Shown here piece after piece: positions 29,341-39,913 of a stretch of 64,000 nt of DNA; within the stretch, counting starts at the first letter, position 1; every line of letters starts with the position of its first letter. Both the position numbers and the translations under genes were made by a program. The notes under the pieces are model-generated. The model ran no database searches, had not been told where the DNA came from, and saw only the letters and a list, made by a program, of their open reading frames with translations. The stretch is from Sedimentisphaeraceae bacterium JB056 (GTDB lineage: Bacteria > Planctomycetota > Phycisphaerae > Sedimentisphaerales > Sedimentisphaeraceae): NCBI GenBank assembly GCA_044440125.1, contig JBITAJ010000024.1, positions 14,576 through 78,575 on the forward strand, in the 5' to 3' direction.

Positions 29341-32145
29341 TCAATTAGGTGGTTGACTGCACTGCCCCTCTCCCCACTTGGAAGGAGTTTCACCCATATT
29401 CAAAATCAACTTTCCACCATTATATATTTCATCTGCGAATATCCACGCCTTGCTGATTGGCTTACCATTTAATGTCGCATCCTGGACGTAATACATGCTT
29501 TCAGAATCAATCAAATTCCTGCATTCAATCTCAAATTTTCTGCCGCGTCCAAATTTCCCATCCAGATTAATAATAATCTTATCAAAAACCGGACTTCCTA
29601 TAAGGAAATACGGTTCTGTGCTGCATAACCCCGAAGGTGAAAACAGCCCTATAGCAGAGAGTACTCCAACACCGCCAAGCTGTCCTTCATCATTATCACA
29701 TATCATCCCGCCGTAAGGATTTACCTTTCCAAAAAACTTATCCCACACAACCCTGTTCCATTTCATTGAAAGTGAAGGTTTCCCTCCATGATGCCCTAAC
29801 CATGCAAATTGGCCGCACGGCTGGTTTCCAATATTAACGGTTGATGCCCTTTTTTGTTCCTCATCCAATTCGCCCATGTAATCAACAGAAAAAATACCTT
29901 TTTCGGCTTGGCTCATCCACTTATCCCACTGCCCCAAATAGTCATCCTTTCCGTACAGAGCCGCTAAAGCACCAAGGTCATGAGGTACAAAATAGGCATA
30001 CTGAAAGGAATTACCCTCGCGAGTTCCCTGATCCTTATACGGATCAAAATCATGCGACCATAAACCGTCATTCTTTCTACTTCTTAGAAAATCACCTTGC
30101 TCATCAGAATAGTACAAAGATTTATACGCGTCAGCATACTCAATATGCTCTTGATATAAGTCTTTTCTCTCTAACTTTTTAGCCAACTGAGCCGTGCACC
30201 AGTGGTTATATTCATATTCAACCGTTAAAGTCATATAATTTTCATAATTTTTGTTCCTATTCCATTTTTCTATATTATGAATCCCGCGATACAGCCCCGG
30301 TGCAAATTCGTTTCCATTTTCAGTCATAGTTTTATGCATACCCGCCATTGCTGAATCAAGATCAAGCCCATCAATCCCATTCATTGCCGCTGCCGCAACA
30401 AGAGGAATACTGTGAGCACCCTCCATCATAAAGGAAGCTTCATTAAAAATCATAGCTTTATTGAAAAAACCGGTATCTTCATAATTATCGATACAAAAAG
30501 CTGCCCAATGCTGCATCCACTCAGGATATGCCAGCAAAAGGACCTGATTCCAATTCCAGTAAGAATGCCACAATGCATCTGTCTGAAAATGGTGATAATC
30601 GCTATGTTTTTTCTCCCCCTGATAGCAATATTCGCCATCAGCATCAGAGACAATCGGTCTGCCAATTAAAATTTCCCATAAAAGATTGTAAAACTTCCTT
30701 CTATCCTCCAATGAACCGCCCTCAACCTCAATTTGACCTAACGCATCATTCCAGGTTTCTGTTGCCTTTGTATGTATTTGATCAAACGTAAAATCCCAGC
30801 CGGGAAGGTCATGATGCATATTTTCCCAGGCATCATCAATACTATTGTATGAAACAGCCATTTTGACTAAAATCTGCTGGTTCGGCTTAGTATCATAAGT
30901 CATCCAGCCTCCAACATTTGGAGCTTGCTGTTTTTTAATCCCTGAACAAAGCTTATGTTGCTCATCCCATGTCCCCAAGCTTACTTCATCGGTATCAACT
31001 TCAGCACAGAAATATATCTTATTTTTTATTTTCTGCCCCCATGCAGGCTCTACTTCAGCCCACCCCTCAATCTGATTGGTATCAGGTTTAAGTTCAATAA
31101 AGGCATCATGGACTTTTTGGGTTTCAGCAATCCGTTCACCCGCATCAAAATAAATATTAAAATCTGATCGAGCCTGCTCAGAAGTGAATTGTAAAAGAGA
31201 GCAATATGTCGTGCCGGTACCTTCCCAACGCGTATTCAGCCTATCAAGATGGACATCCCAATAACCCGGATCAAACACTTCTGTCTGCTTATCAATATGA
31301 CCGCCATAATGTATCGGGTTGACCTTTCCAGGCGTTGCACTCAAGCGAAAAGCACCTAAACAATAATCGTAAAGACATCGTATCCCTGCCAATGAATCAC
31401 TTCCATACCAATAAGAACCTCCCCCTGTGTCGGGAGAAGAGTGTATCATTGCATAGGGATCGCCTGCTCCGGGTTTTGACTCAAATACCCTGATATAATA
31501 ACCTGTATGATAAGTTGGGTCAACCAACTGAACCGGCGTTATAGGGTAATCCTCCCATTGCCGGTCAGCAACTTCATTTGTATTTACGACTAATTTCAAA
31601 CAATCCCATTCAACAAAAGTCGATGAAAGCGGAGTCAAGATTATCTTATTTTCGCCTTGCTTAATATAGTCAACCGGAAATCGAACATATTTTGTATCGC
31701 AATCCATCCAGTAACGCTTACGATAACCATTAACATCAACAAACATCAACATTGGAGATTCACTGTTTCTGTCAACAAAATCTAAAACCAGTTCACATAC
31801 AGAACCGGCATAATTATCCTGACCGTCAAATAACAATTTCAACTCATGAACATAGCGAACTTCTTTATTAACCATATGCCCTGCCCATTTATCCTCCGGC
31901 CCGGGAAGATACGCAGGAAAACTATTCTTTTGTTCATCTCTCATGATATCAAATGAGATATTTCCCGGATAATAATCCGTAAACAGCTCCTTATCGGCGT
32001 AAAGATGAAACTCTTCTGAGCTGTTATCATCCAAGCCTATTTGCCAGATTTTTTCAATTTGACCTGAAAAACAAGGGACATCTACAATAACAATCAATGC
32101 ACAAATTAACAAAATCAAATTTCTTTTTCTAAATTTTGAATACAT
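29341..32145 (-). CDS. GH92 alpha-mannosidase with extra N-terminal beta-sandwich domain
   Basis: REGNSFQYAYFVPHD, GNQP, DNDEGQL, IGSPVFD, C-terminal GGKLILNMG; signal peptide from ATG 32145. Confidence 0.82.
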   Translation of the reverse strand: MYSKFRKRNLILLICALIVIVDVPCFSGQIEKIWQIGLDDNSSEEFHLYADKELFTDYYPGNISFDIMRDEQKNSFPAYLPGPEDKWAGHMVNKEVRYVHELKLLFDGQDNYAGSVCELVLDFVDRNSESPMLMFVDVNGYRKRYWMDCDTKYVRFPVDYIKQGENKIILTPLSSTFVEWDCLKLVVNTNEVADRQWEDYPITPVQLVDPTYHTGYYIRVFESKPGAGDPYAMIHSSPDTGGGSYWYGSDSLAGIRCLYDYCLGAFRLSATPGKVNPIHYGGHIDKQTEVFDPGYWDVHLDRLNTRWEGTGTTYCSLLQFTSEQARSDFNIYFDAGERIAETQKVHDAFIELKPDTNQIEGWAEVEPAWGQKIKNKIYFCAEVDTDEVSLGTWDEQHKLCSGIKKQQAPNVGGWMTYDTKPNQQILVKMAVSYNSIDDAWENMHHDLPGWDFTFDQIHTKATETWNDALGQIEVEGGSLEDRRKFYNLLWEILIGRPIVSDADGEYCYQGEKKHSDYHHFQTDALWHSYWNWNQVLLLAYPEWMQHWAAFCIDNYEDTGFFNKAMIFNEASFMMEGAHSIPLVAAAAMNGIDGLDLDSAMAGMHKTMTENGNEFAPGLYRGIHNIEKWNRNKNYENYMTLTVEYEYNHWCTAQLAKKLERKDLYQEHIEYADAYKSLYYSDEQGDFLRSRKNDGLWSHDFDPYKDQGTREGNSFQYAYFVPHDLGALAALYGKDDYLGQWDKWMSQAEKGIFSVDYMGELDEEQKRASTVNIGNQPCGQFAWLGHHGGKPSLSMKWNRVVWDKFFGKVNPYGGMICDNDEGQLGGVGVLSAIGLFSPSGLCSTEPYFLIGSPVFDKIIINLDGKFGRGRKFEIECRNLIDSESMYYVQDATLNGKPISKAWIFADEIYNGGKLILNMGETPSKWGEGQCSQPPN

Positions 32146-32178
32146 ACTAATCCTTTCCTGCAATATGAAAGTCATAAC

Positions 32179-32213
32179 AAATGGGTCATATAAATAAATT
32201 ACATGACCCATTT
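32179..32213 (-). terminator. intergenic hairpin
   Basis: AAATGGGTCAT-13 nt-ATGACCCATTT between GH38 and GH92 genes. Confidence 0.4.
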
Positions 32214-32283
32214 ATTTGATTAAACATTAATGTCAATATTTATCAAAACAAAAGATTCTGATAAACAGCATGAACACTTACAG

Positions 32284-35200
32284 TCATTTTAATTCCTTAT
32301 AGTCAAGCTCTTGATTATCCTCTAAGATAAATTTAAGCTCGTATATTCTAACTATGCCATCCTGCTCTCTATTTGCCGAATAAGGTAAAGTTTCTTTCGG
32401 GAAATAAAGTTTCACCGCATCAGTCTCTACTATATCATCAAAATAAACCAGGAAATTATTCTTCTTACCTTCAACTGCATCTTCCTCTTTTACATTAGAA
32501 GTTAAAACCCAATCAGAATCTTGTCTTGTATATACCTTAAAATCATCAGTTGTAGCAATTACTTCTCTATCATCACCAATAATATGCAACCCTTTCAGCT
32601 TACAACTCTTTGGCAGCAATACCGTAAACCAAATATTCCTGGCATTCTCTTTAGCCTGTCCTCCATATGGAGAAGAAACCCACGAAGAACCCGGCCCCAT
32701 TGCTCCATCAACCGCTTTATCTGCGGAATATTCGCGAGCATAATCTGATTGCGAGAATACTTTGTTAAGTATGAAATGTTTTGACACAATACAAACAGGG
32801 TCATCTGAACCGGCTTCAAACGCCGCCGCACGAACACTCGTACTTTTTTCTATCGCAAATATATCATCATAGCCAATAGATTCAGGTGTAGGTTTACTTC
32901 CATCAAGAGTATAATATATTTCACAATCACCGCCAAACCACTGAAGCCCAATATTCGCTTTCGCTGATAACGAATCAATATCTTTGCTTATATCTGATTC
33001 AATCACAAGCTGAGGTACTGCCATTTCGATCTCAACGGAGTCTGAAAACTCGCCTTTTATCCCAAGATTATCTACCGCGCAAACTTTGTAATAATATACA
33101 GTATTAGCCTCAGCTGTTTTATCCTCAAACATTTGTCTGTTCAATTCTTTTCTGTTATAAGCAAACTTACCGTAATACTTTTCAAATCCATTTTCAGCAT
33201 CAATTACACCGATTTTATTTGAGTTGGAAGGTAAAAAGTCAGCAGTAAGACCGCGATAGATTTCATATTCACAAACATCAGGCTCACAATTAGTATAAAA
33301 CCATAGATTAATATACTGCTGCGGTCCGTTAGGAGAAACATATACTGCATACAAGCCCGCAACCTTCAACGGTTTCTCGTTAGCTTGTGATGATTTAAGT
33401 GTTCTACAGCCAATCACTTTTGATGGTTTACTCTCATTATTATATTTATCAACGGCACATACCTTATAATAGTACTGCGTATCAGGAAGAAGAACATTAC
33501 TTGCCCAACCGGCAAAGTTCAGCTCTGGAATATCACTGAACCGCGTACCTTCAGCAATCCCAATAAATGAAAGACTATTAACAGTAAAATCATCACTTAA
33601 CCCACGATACACAGCATAATGGCTTATCGTATCGTCTTTGCCAGCAGACCACTGGAGATCTATCCTCATATCTGTTTGAGCTTTTGCTGCAACATTTTTA
33701 ACAGATTTAATCTTCGGCTCTGTTGTTATACGTACAGTCCTTAAGCCACTGCCTTTAATATCAAACTCAAATGAATTATCCGATGTGATTTTTATTGGTG
33801 AAAGATCATTTTCTATCAGTGTTGTCGCAATAGCATTATTTATCTTATCGACAAAAGAAGCTGTAACATTTACGGTTGTATCCTTACCGGAAAGCTCAAA
33901 GAAGCGTAAAATATAACCACTGCCGTTAGACTCAGCGGGCTTTACTGTCGTACAAATAACATTATCAACATCAACATCAACAAAAGAATGGGACTTTCCA
34001 TTCAATCTGCCATTCAAATTCTTATCTGCTTTAACTGCAATCAATGGATTTGTTGTATCCCAGCCGAATTTGTATGCCTTACCCTGCTGCCAATTACCAT
34101 CATGCCCTCTCAATGACCACCTGAATCTCTTCTCGCCAGGCTGATCTATTCTTATATTTGTGAAAAACATATTATTCATCAGGTACAAGAACATATTGCT
34201 GCTTTTAGGTTTTTGCATTATTGATTCGTGATCAACGTTCCAGTCCCAGGTAGCACATCTTGGATATCCATAAATAATATCAGGACATTCTTTCGTACTG
34301 AGTGTTACACCATAATCAGAATTTGAAACATCAGAGAAATGCTGAATGGCATAGAAAGATGTCTCAGAACCATTGAACTGATTTGCTGCCGGTTGCACAA
34401 CCGCCCCGCTCAGCTCATGATTAAACTCATAATCATTCACCTTCAGCGGTATCGCGCAATAAACGGCTTCTTTTAATAAACGTTGATATGATTTCAATTC
34501 ATTACCATTAGAAAGCTTTTCAAGCTGCATATCGAAATCGATACGTTGGATATCTTTATACAAGTAGATTACCAATTTAAGATAATTCGTATCGCAAGTA
34601 TCCTGAGTAATATGTATCTCATCAACAACATCACCCTTATAGTATGATATGTCCTCAAAAATTGCTCTGTTAAGCTTACGGGCAGTATGATTATAATACA
34701 AATACTCACCCAGAAAATACGGCGACTCAAGGTCAAGTATCTCTTTATTGATGGTTTTATCAAAAATACTCGAAATTACATTCCTTTGTTTATCAATTTT
34801 TATACGGTAATAATCATTTTCGCATACAGTATCCAGAGAAGATACACTTTCATTTATTGATGAAACTTCATTATTGAGCGTAAATGTCTTATAGCCGAGA
34901 GAAGGAACATTTTCTGCAACAAAGACAAGCTTTCCGCTTACAAGCTTCTGAGTCTTTACAGCACTACCTGTAACATTATCAATCAGAGAAACATTATCAT
35001 CAAGCTCATCAACCAGCACAACATCAGTACGCTGCCAGTTTAACTGGTTATAAACAACTAAAGAATCGCTTTTCGTTTTTATCTGACCAGAAATATCCTC
35101 AACTGAATTACTTAGAGCTCTGTTACAAAACTCACCGGCTTCACTAACCAGCTTAGAATGCATAACCCTTTCAGTTTCATAATAGGATGGTCTGCCGCAA

Positions 35201-36585
35201 TCAATTGCACCATTTGTATGTTCATGATACATTACCATACGATTGTAAGCCTGCCATATATCTTTCTCGGGATACCCTCCTGATAAAGCCATCGAAAAAG
35301 TTGAAAACTTCTCAGCCGTTGGTATCATTTCTGTAACTTCTCTTGCTTGTGCCAGAGTTGAAACATCCGTAATATCCTGATCAGCCCAGGCATCCGGCGC
35401 ATCCTTATCGTAACGTTTGATCTCCTTAGGCTCTATCTGAGAACTTATATCGTCAAAAAACATCTCTATAGTTGAACAAACAATTCTTGGATACGCCCAC
35501 TTCTTATTCCATTTACGGATATTTTCAGCATTATCCATATATGGTACAATAAAATCCTCGCTATCAAATGCAAGTATGCAATCATACTTCCAGTCAATAT
35601 CAACATGACGATCTACGATTCTTTTGATTTCAGTCCTGTCCCATGCCCTTATTCTATTTGGAGAATAATAAGAATCAGTACGACACATTACGGCGTTTTC
35701 ATCATTATCAGGACTTATCCAGTAAAAAACAGGCTCATTTATAGCTTCAATCAAGCCGTTTGGATGATTGCTGCCATGCATAAAAAAAGGTATCCCTGCT
35801 TCTTTAAGAAACAAAGGCAGTGAACGGGTAAAACCAGGCACATCATCTATCATTGCAACCTTTGAAGGTTCAATACCAAGCATATCAACAACATAACGGT
35901 TAGGAGTATAAAAAGTCCTTGCAAAAACTTCATAGCCTGCCATCTCTGTTGAGATAGAATTATGAAGTGCACCCAGTGATATACGCCCCTCTTTTACTCT
36001 TGCTACAAACTCCGCTACTTTTTCGGGACTGTTTATACTAACCCAACGTATTACTGGCTCACTTGTTTCAATTGTCCAGCGGAATTTAGAATCCTCCGGC
36101 CAATCATCAGTCAAACGGCAAAATTCCAACGCCTTATCTATACCGCCCTCTCTCACATGTCGTCTCACCAATTGATAATAATCAATAAACCCCAAATCCT
36201 GATGAGACACCGTCATACAATATAAATTCCACTTTTTCTGCGGCGTAACATCAAAAATACGAGTTGCTAATGTCCTACCAGTTTTAGAGCTGTAGACAAC
36301 AACTTTAACTTTTACCGCATCTGAAGGAGCATAAGTTTCAATTTTATTCCCGCCGTTTACAAATTTCAGGTTTGAAGTGTAAGGCTGTCCAGGCTGTTCA
36401 ATATCACATATTTCAACCAGAACATCAATATCCCGACCGCTATTAGTAAATTCCGCCTCAGCAAGATTTGATATTGTACCATCAACTTGCCGCGGAAAGA
36501 AAATAGTTGGCTTAAAATTGTCAATCGATATACTCGCTAAAGATAAACTTGCCAAAACGAGAATAAACATCACATTCTTTTTCAT
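32284..36585 (-). CDS. secreted GH38-like glycoside hydrolase with FN3 and discoidin-like domains
   Basis: SHQDLGF (HxD), IDDVPG, YHEHTNG, YNQLNWQRTD, YYYKVCAVD FN3 repeats, YYTLDGSKPT. Confidence 0.78.
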   Translation of the reverse strand: MKKNVMFILVLASLSLASISIDNFKPTIFFPRQVDGTISNLAEAEFTNSGRDIDVLVEICDIEQPGQPYTSNLKFVNGGNKIETYAPSDAVKVKVVVYSSKTGRTLATRIFDVTPQKKWNLYCMTVSHQDLGFIDYYQLVRRHVREGGIDKALEFCRLTDDWPEDSKFRWTIETSEPVIRWVSINSPEKVAEFVARVKEGRISLGALHNSISTEMAGYEVFARTFYTPNRYVVDMLGIEPSKVAMIDDVPGFTRSLPLFLKEAGIPFFMHGSNHPNGLIEAINEPVFYWISPDNDENAVMCRTDSYYSPNRIRAWDRTEIKRIVDRHVDIDWKYDCILAFDSEDFIVPYMDNAENIRKWNKKWAYPRIVCSTIEMFFDDISSQIEPKEIKRYDKDAPDAWADQDITDVSTLAQAREVTEMIPTAEKFSTFSMALSGGYPEKDIWQAYNRMVMYHEHTNGAIDCGRPSYYETERVMHSKLVSEAGEFCNRALSNSVEDISGQIKTKSDSLVVYNQLNWQRTDVVLVDELDDNVSLIDNVTGSAVKTQKLVSGKLVFVAENVPSLGYKTFTLNNEVSSINESVSSLDTVCENDYYRIKIDKQRNVISSIFDKTINKEILDLESPYFLGEYLYYNHTARKLNRAIFEDISYYKGDVVDEIHITQDTCDTNYLKLVIYLYKDIQRIDFDMQLEKLSNGNELKSYQRLLKEAVYCAIPLKVNDYEFNHELSGAVVQPAANQFNGSETSFYAIQHFSDVSNSDYGVTLSTKECPDIIYGYPRCATWDWNVDHESIMQKPKSSNMFLYLMNNMFFTNIRIDQPGEKRFRWSLRGHDGNWQQGKAYKFGWDTTNPLIAVKADKNLNGRLNGKSHSFVDVDVDNVICTTVKPAESNGSGYILRFFELSGKDTTVNVTASFVDKINNAIATTLIENDLSPIKITSDNSFEFDIKGSGLRTVRITTEPKIKSVKNVAAKAQTDMRIDLQWSAGKDDTISHYAVYRGLSDDFTVNSLSFIGIAEGTRFSDIPELNFAGWASNVLLPDTQYYYKVCAVDKYNNESKPSKVIGCRTLKSSQANEKPLKVAGLYAVYVSPNGPQQYINLWFYTNCEPDVCEYEIYRGLTADFLPSNSNKIGVIDAENGFEKYYGKFAYNRKELNRQMFEDKTAEANTVYYYKVCAVDNLGIKGEFSDSVEIEMAVPQLVIESDISKDIDSLSAKANIGLQWFGGDCEIYYTLDGSKPTPESIGYDDIFAIEKSTSVRAAAFEAGSDDPVCIVSKHFILNKVFSQSDYAREYSADKAVDGAMGPGSSWVSSPYGGQAKENARNIWFTVLLPKSCKLKGLHIIGDDREVIATTDDFKVYTRQDSDWVLTSNVKEEDAVEGKKNNFLVYFDDIVETDAVKLYFPKETLPYSANREQDGIVRIYELKFILEDNQELDYKELK

Positions 36586-36610
36586 TTTTAATTCCCTTTA
36601 ATAAGAAATG

Positions 36611-39600
36611 TCAATCCACAAAAAAACGTACTTCACTAAGCCCCGTATCATCAAAACCACTGTTGCCAAAGTTGCTTTTTATATCAATCGCTATCCATCT
36701 GGCCTCTAAATTCAGTTCAACAGTATCCGGCGTATTATAATCATTTGTACCAGGAGCTTGATTAAACCGCTCTGTAGATAGATAATTCCAATTTGCCGCA
36801 TTAAAATCACTTCCACCATCGGGATCTGACGAAGAATTTGACCAGTAAATATCAGCATCTTTTATACCTCGGCAGGTCCATATGTCCTGATTGTAATTCC
36901 ACACTTTCATTCTGCTAAGATTAAACGTTGAGTTAAGATTGAATTTTATCCAACCGGTAGGATCATTACGATATGAAAGCCACATATCATGATAACTATT
37001 ATTGTGAGCCTGACCTGTCATTCCGCTTGTGTTTACGCAATTCACAGCCGGTGCAGTAAACTCTGATTCACTTGAGGCAATTGCTTCAACATTGATTGGG
37101 AAATTCATATAGAGCCGTTCAAAAAATTCATGAGGAGTAACAACACGAACATCAGAATCAAAACCATCTACCGCATCACAAACCTGCGGCATAAGTTCAC
37201 CATCAAATGCCCATGCATTAACAAGAACAAGGCTGTAGCTTGCCTGATTATATACATCTGCAGGCAATTTATTTATTTTCCCAGCCAAGCTTAAACCGGT
37301 ATCATTATTCTCATCAAGAACATATTTAATATTAACAAACGGCTTGCCTTCAACCCATTTTATCCTGCCGTCATAAGCATAGTAAGGATAATATTCCGCA
37401 TAAATACCACCACGTAAACTGTCCATATCAGCAAACTTCTGCAAGTAAGGCTCATATTCAGGACTCTCAAAATCCCAGGATTCATCTCTCAAATCATCAT
37501 ATATCCACAATATATCTGTGTCAGATTGTTTCATTCTTGAATCAAGCAACTTTGTATATTCATCTAAATCAGGATGGTCAGTAGGGAAAACATACGTACT
37601 CGCAACAAACGAATCATTATCTGTAGCATTGCGATACCACCAGTTTAATACACTCGGCATCAACTTGGCTGCCATTTGAGATGTCCCCCATCCCATTCCA
37701 AATTCTCCACGTCTTGGATGACCAAAATGATTAACATTATTAGCCCAACCTTTTGCCGATGGAAGAAATGCCAAGTTCCCCATATCAGACATATAAAAAC
37801 AGACATAATGCACATTCTCTTCGGGTACATACGTATTATCACTTGCCGGTTGCCTTAACTTTATTTTAGGCTCTCTTGCTGAGAACCCTGCGTAAGTCGA
37901 AAAATTGTAATTCAATCCGGCACCATTGGTATCCAAACCATACTCACTATGATATGTTACCTGCTCTGATTCATCATTTGAACCAAGTGCAGGATCAATC
38001 CAACCAAAATACTGTGCGGATAAAGTCCCCATAGAGTTATACAACTGGTCTACAAAACCAGAATCGCTGCTATAATTATTGAAGGCTTTGAATGCAGGTG
38101 AAATATCCTGCATATATACATCATTATTGCCCACTATCAAATCATGTCTCAATGAATCCCAATGATTATAATAAAGCCACTGTTCATCCTTACCCCTGAC
38201 ATCCTCAACAAGAGTAAGTCCGGTGATCATACCAACCCATCTCTGAATGGAAGAGTCAACCGCTACGGCATTTGTAATACCGGCAAGTGATGCGGCAACT
38301 CTAATACTTGCCTTATCATCAAAATCAAAAAGGATATAACCTGTTAACCGATTTTCAAAATGTTCAAGATACCATCGCAGATACTCTTGTCTTTCATAGC
38401 TTATGCCGTAATTATCGACCATATCTTCCAACCACATTCTGTTGTTTGGTGTTTCGATAAAAATTTCAGGCTTGCTCTGTGCAATTATACCCTGCAGAGA
38501 CTGTAAAGTTATCTGCTCAACTTGCGAAAGTTCTCTTGCACGGGCAACATAGAGATGCTCCGGATATCCAATACCAAAATCAAGGCTGGCTGTACTTGTC
38601 GTAAAACTCCAAATCTGCCCCTTAACTCTCACATTATCAGCTACCTCATCTACTCTCCAGTAGTATACTTTGTCGGCCTCCAAAGAACCTAAATTCAATG
38701 ATGTATCAATCTGACTTCCCTGAAAAACCGACGATACAACATCTGCATAGGCTACTTGATTGTAATCTTCTCCAAAATAAATTTCATGGCTTTGAGCACC
38801 TTCTCCGGCATTCCAACTCAATGTAACGTCAGACTCATCAACACCCTCCTCTGCATCGGCAGGAATCGAAGAATAAGCTTCCGCAGGATCTGAATTAACC
38901 GTAAAATTCCAGATATAACCCTTTTCTACAGCCCCCTCGTTATCAACAGAATCCACTCGCCAATAATAATCTTCTCCCTTAGTTAACCCCGCAGAATTAT
39001 ACACAAGCTCTGTCTGATGAGACTTTAAAGCAGCATTCTGTTTATTAAAATCTTTCCCGAACAAGGCAAAATCCAACAAATCAACTTTTCCATCCGTGTT
39101 CAAGTCATTATCACTAACTGAAAGCCAATTACTACCTAATATGGGAATATCCTTAAAATCAACATATGAATCTAAATTGAAATCTGCCGGCATTTCCAGA
39201 CTGTCTATCTGATCACTCAAATAAACATTATAAGCAACGCTATCTTTGCCTGCCGACCAATGCAAAAGGGTATCAGTAGAAACAACCAACTGATCTGCAT
39301 TGGTTTGCGGAAAAACTGGAGATGTTTTTCTGGATATATCAGCGTAAAACTGAACCTCACTTAATCCATACGAATCCCCCCCCCAATTACCATCCTGCTC
39401 ATGGGCTGTAATCACTATATTCTTGGCATCTACCCCCAGATTAATAATTTGAGAATAAGTCCCTTGTGAACCGGCCTGACTTATCTCATAATCACCTAAT
39501 TTAAACCAACTGTATCCATCTAAGGAATATTCAATAGTAACATTCCTTAAACCTCTATCTTTATAATTAGTCTGATTATAGTTCCATATCTTTAGGCTTT

Positions 39601-39907
39601 GAACTTCGTAGACTTTATCAAACTTATACCAAATCCACGCTGAACCTAAAGAAGTGTCTTGATTGGCATGACACCGGCTTCCAGAATCACTTGATTCAGT
39701 CAGCCACATATGATTGTAATCTTCATCGTGTATATCAGATGCCAAACCAGAACTGTCGATAGTTTTTGAAGCATAAGATTTCCCCCAAACACTGGAACCC
39801 CAGGCATTAATGTTTTCAGAAAGAATTCTCTCGCTTCCATTAGTTATACCGGCAAAGATTACAAATAATAATACAATAAAAAAGACATGCCTTTTCAACA
39901 TAAACAA
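36611..39907 (-). CDS. secreted GxGYxYP-family protein with discoidin-like and dockerin-like domains
   Basis: LQGIIAQ, GYILFD, HYVCFYMSD, WYRNATDNDSFV, YSLVLVNAW, VVTPHEF; two IWNYNQ domains; EF-hand repeats. Confidence 0.72.
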   Translation of the reverse strand: MFMLKRHVFFIVLLFVIFAGITNGSERILSENINAWGSSVWGKSYASKTIDSSGLASDIHDEDYNHMWLTESSDSGSRCHANQDTSLGSAWIWYKFDKVYEVQSLKIWNYNQTNYKDRGLRNVTIEYSLDGYSWFKLGDYEISQAGSQGTYSQIINLGVDAKNIVITAHEQDGNWGGDSYGLSEVQFYADISRKTSPVFPQTNADQLVVSTDTLLHWSAGKDSVAYNVYLSDQIDSLEMPADFNLDSYVDFKDIPILGSNWLSVSDNDLNTDGKVDLLDFALFGKDFNKQNAALKSHQTELVYNSAGLTKGEDYYWRVDSVDNEGAVEKGYIWNFTVNSDPAEAYSSIPADAEEGVDESDVTLSWNAGEGAQSHEIYFGEDYNQVAYADVVSSVFQGSQIDTSLNLGSLEADKVYYWRVDEVADNVRVKGQIWSFTTSTASLDFGIGYPEHLYVARARELSQVEQITLQSLQGIIAQSKPEIFIETPNNRMWLEDMVDNYGISYERQEYLRWYLEHFENRLTGYILFDFDDKASIRVAASLAGITNAVAVDSSIQRWVGMITGLTLVEDVRGKDEQWLYYNHWDSLRHDLIVGNNDVYMQDISPAFKAFNNYSSDSGFVDQLYNSMGTLSAQYFGWIDPALGSNDESEQVTYHSEYGLDTNGAGLNYNFSTYAGFSAREPKIKLRQPASDNTYVPEENVHYVCFYMSDMGNLAFLPSAKGWANNVNHFGHPRRGEFGMGWGTSQMAAKLMPSVLNWWYRNATDNDSFVASTYVFPTDHPDLDEYTKLLDSRMKQSDTDILWIYDDLRDESWDFESPEYEPYLQKFADMDSLRGGIYAEYYPYYAYDGRIKWVEGKPFVNIKYVLDENNDTGLSLAGKINKLPADVYNQASYSLVLVNAWAFDGELMPQVCDAVDGFDSDVRVVTPHEFFERLYMNFPINVEAIASSESEFTAPAVNCVNTSGMTGQAHNNSYHDMWLSYRNDPTGWIKFNLNSTFNLSRMKVWNYNQDIWTCRGIKDADIYWSNSSSDPDGGSDFNAANWNYLSTERFNQAPGTNDYNTPDTVELNLEARWIAIDIKSNFGNSGFDDTGLSEVRFFVD

Positions 39908-39913
39908 CCCTTC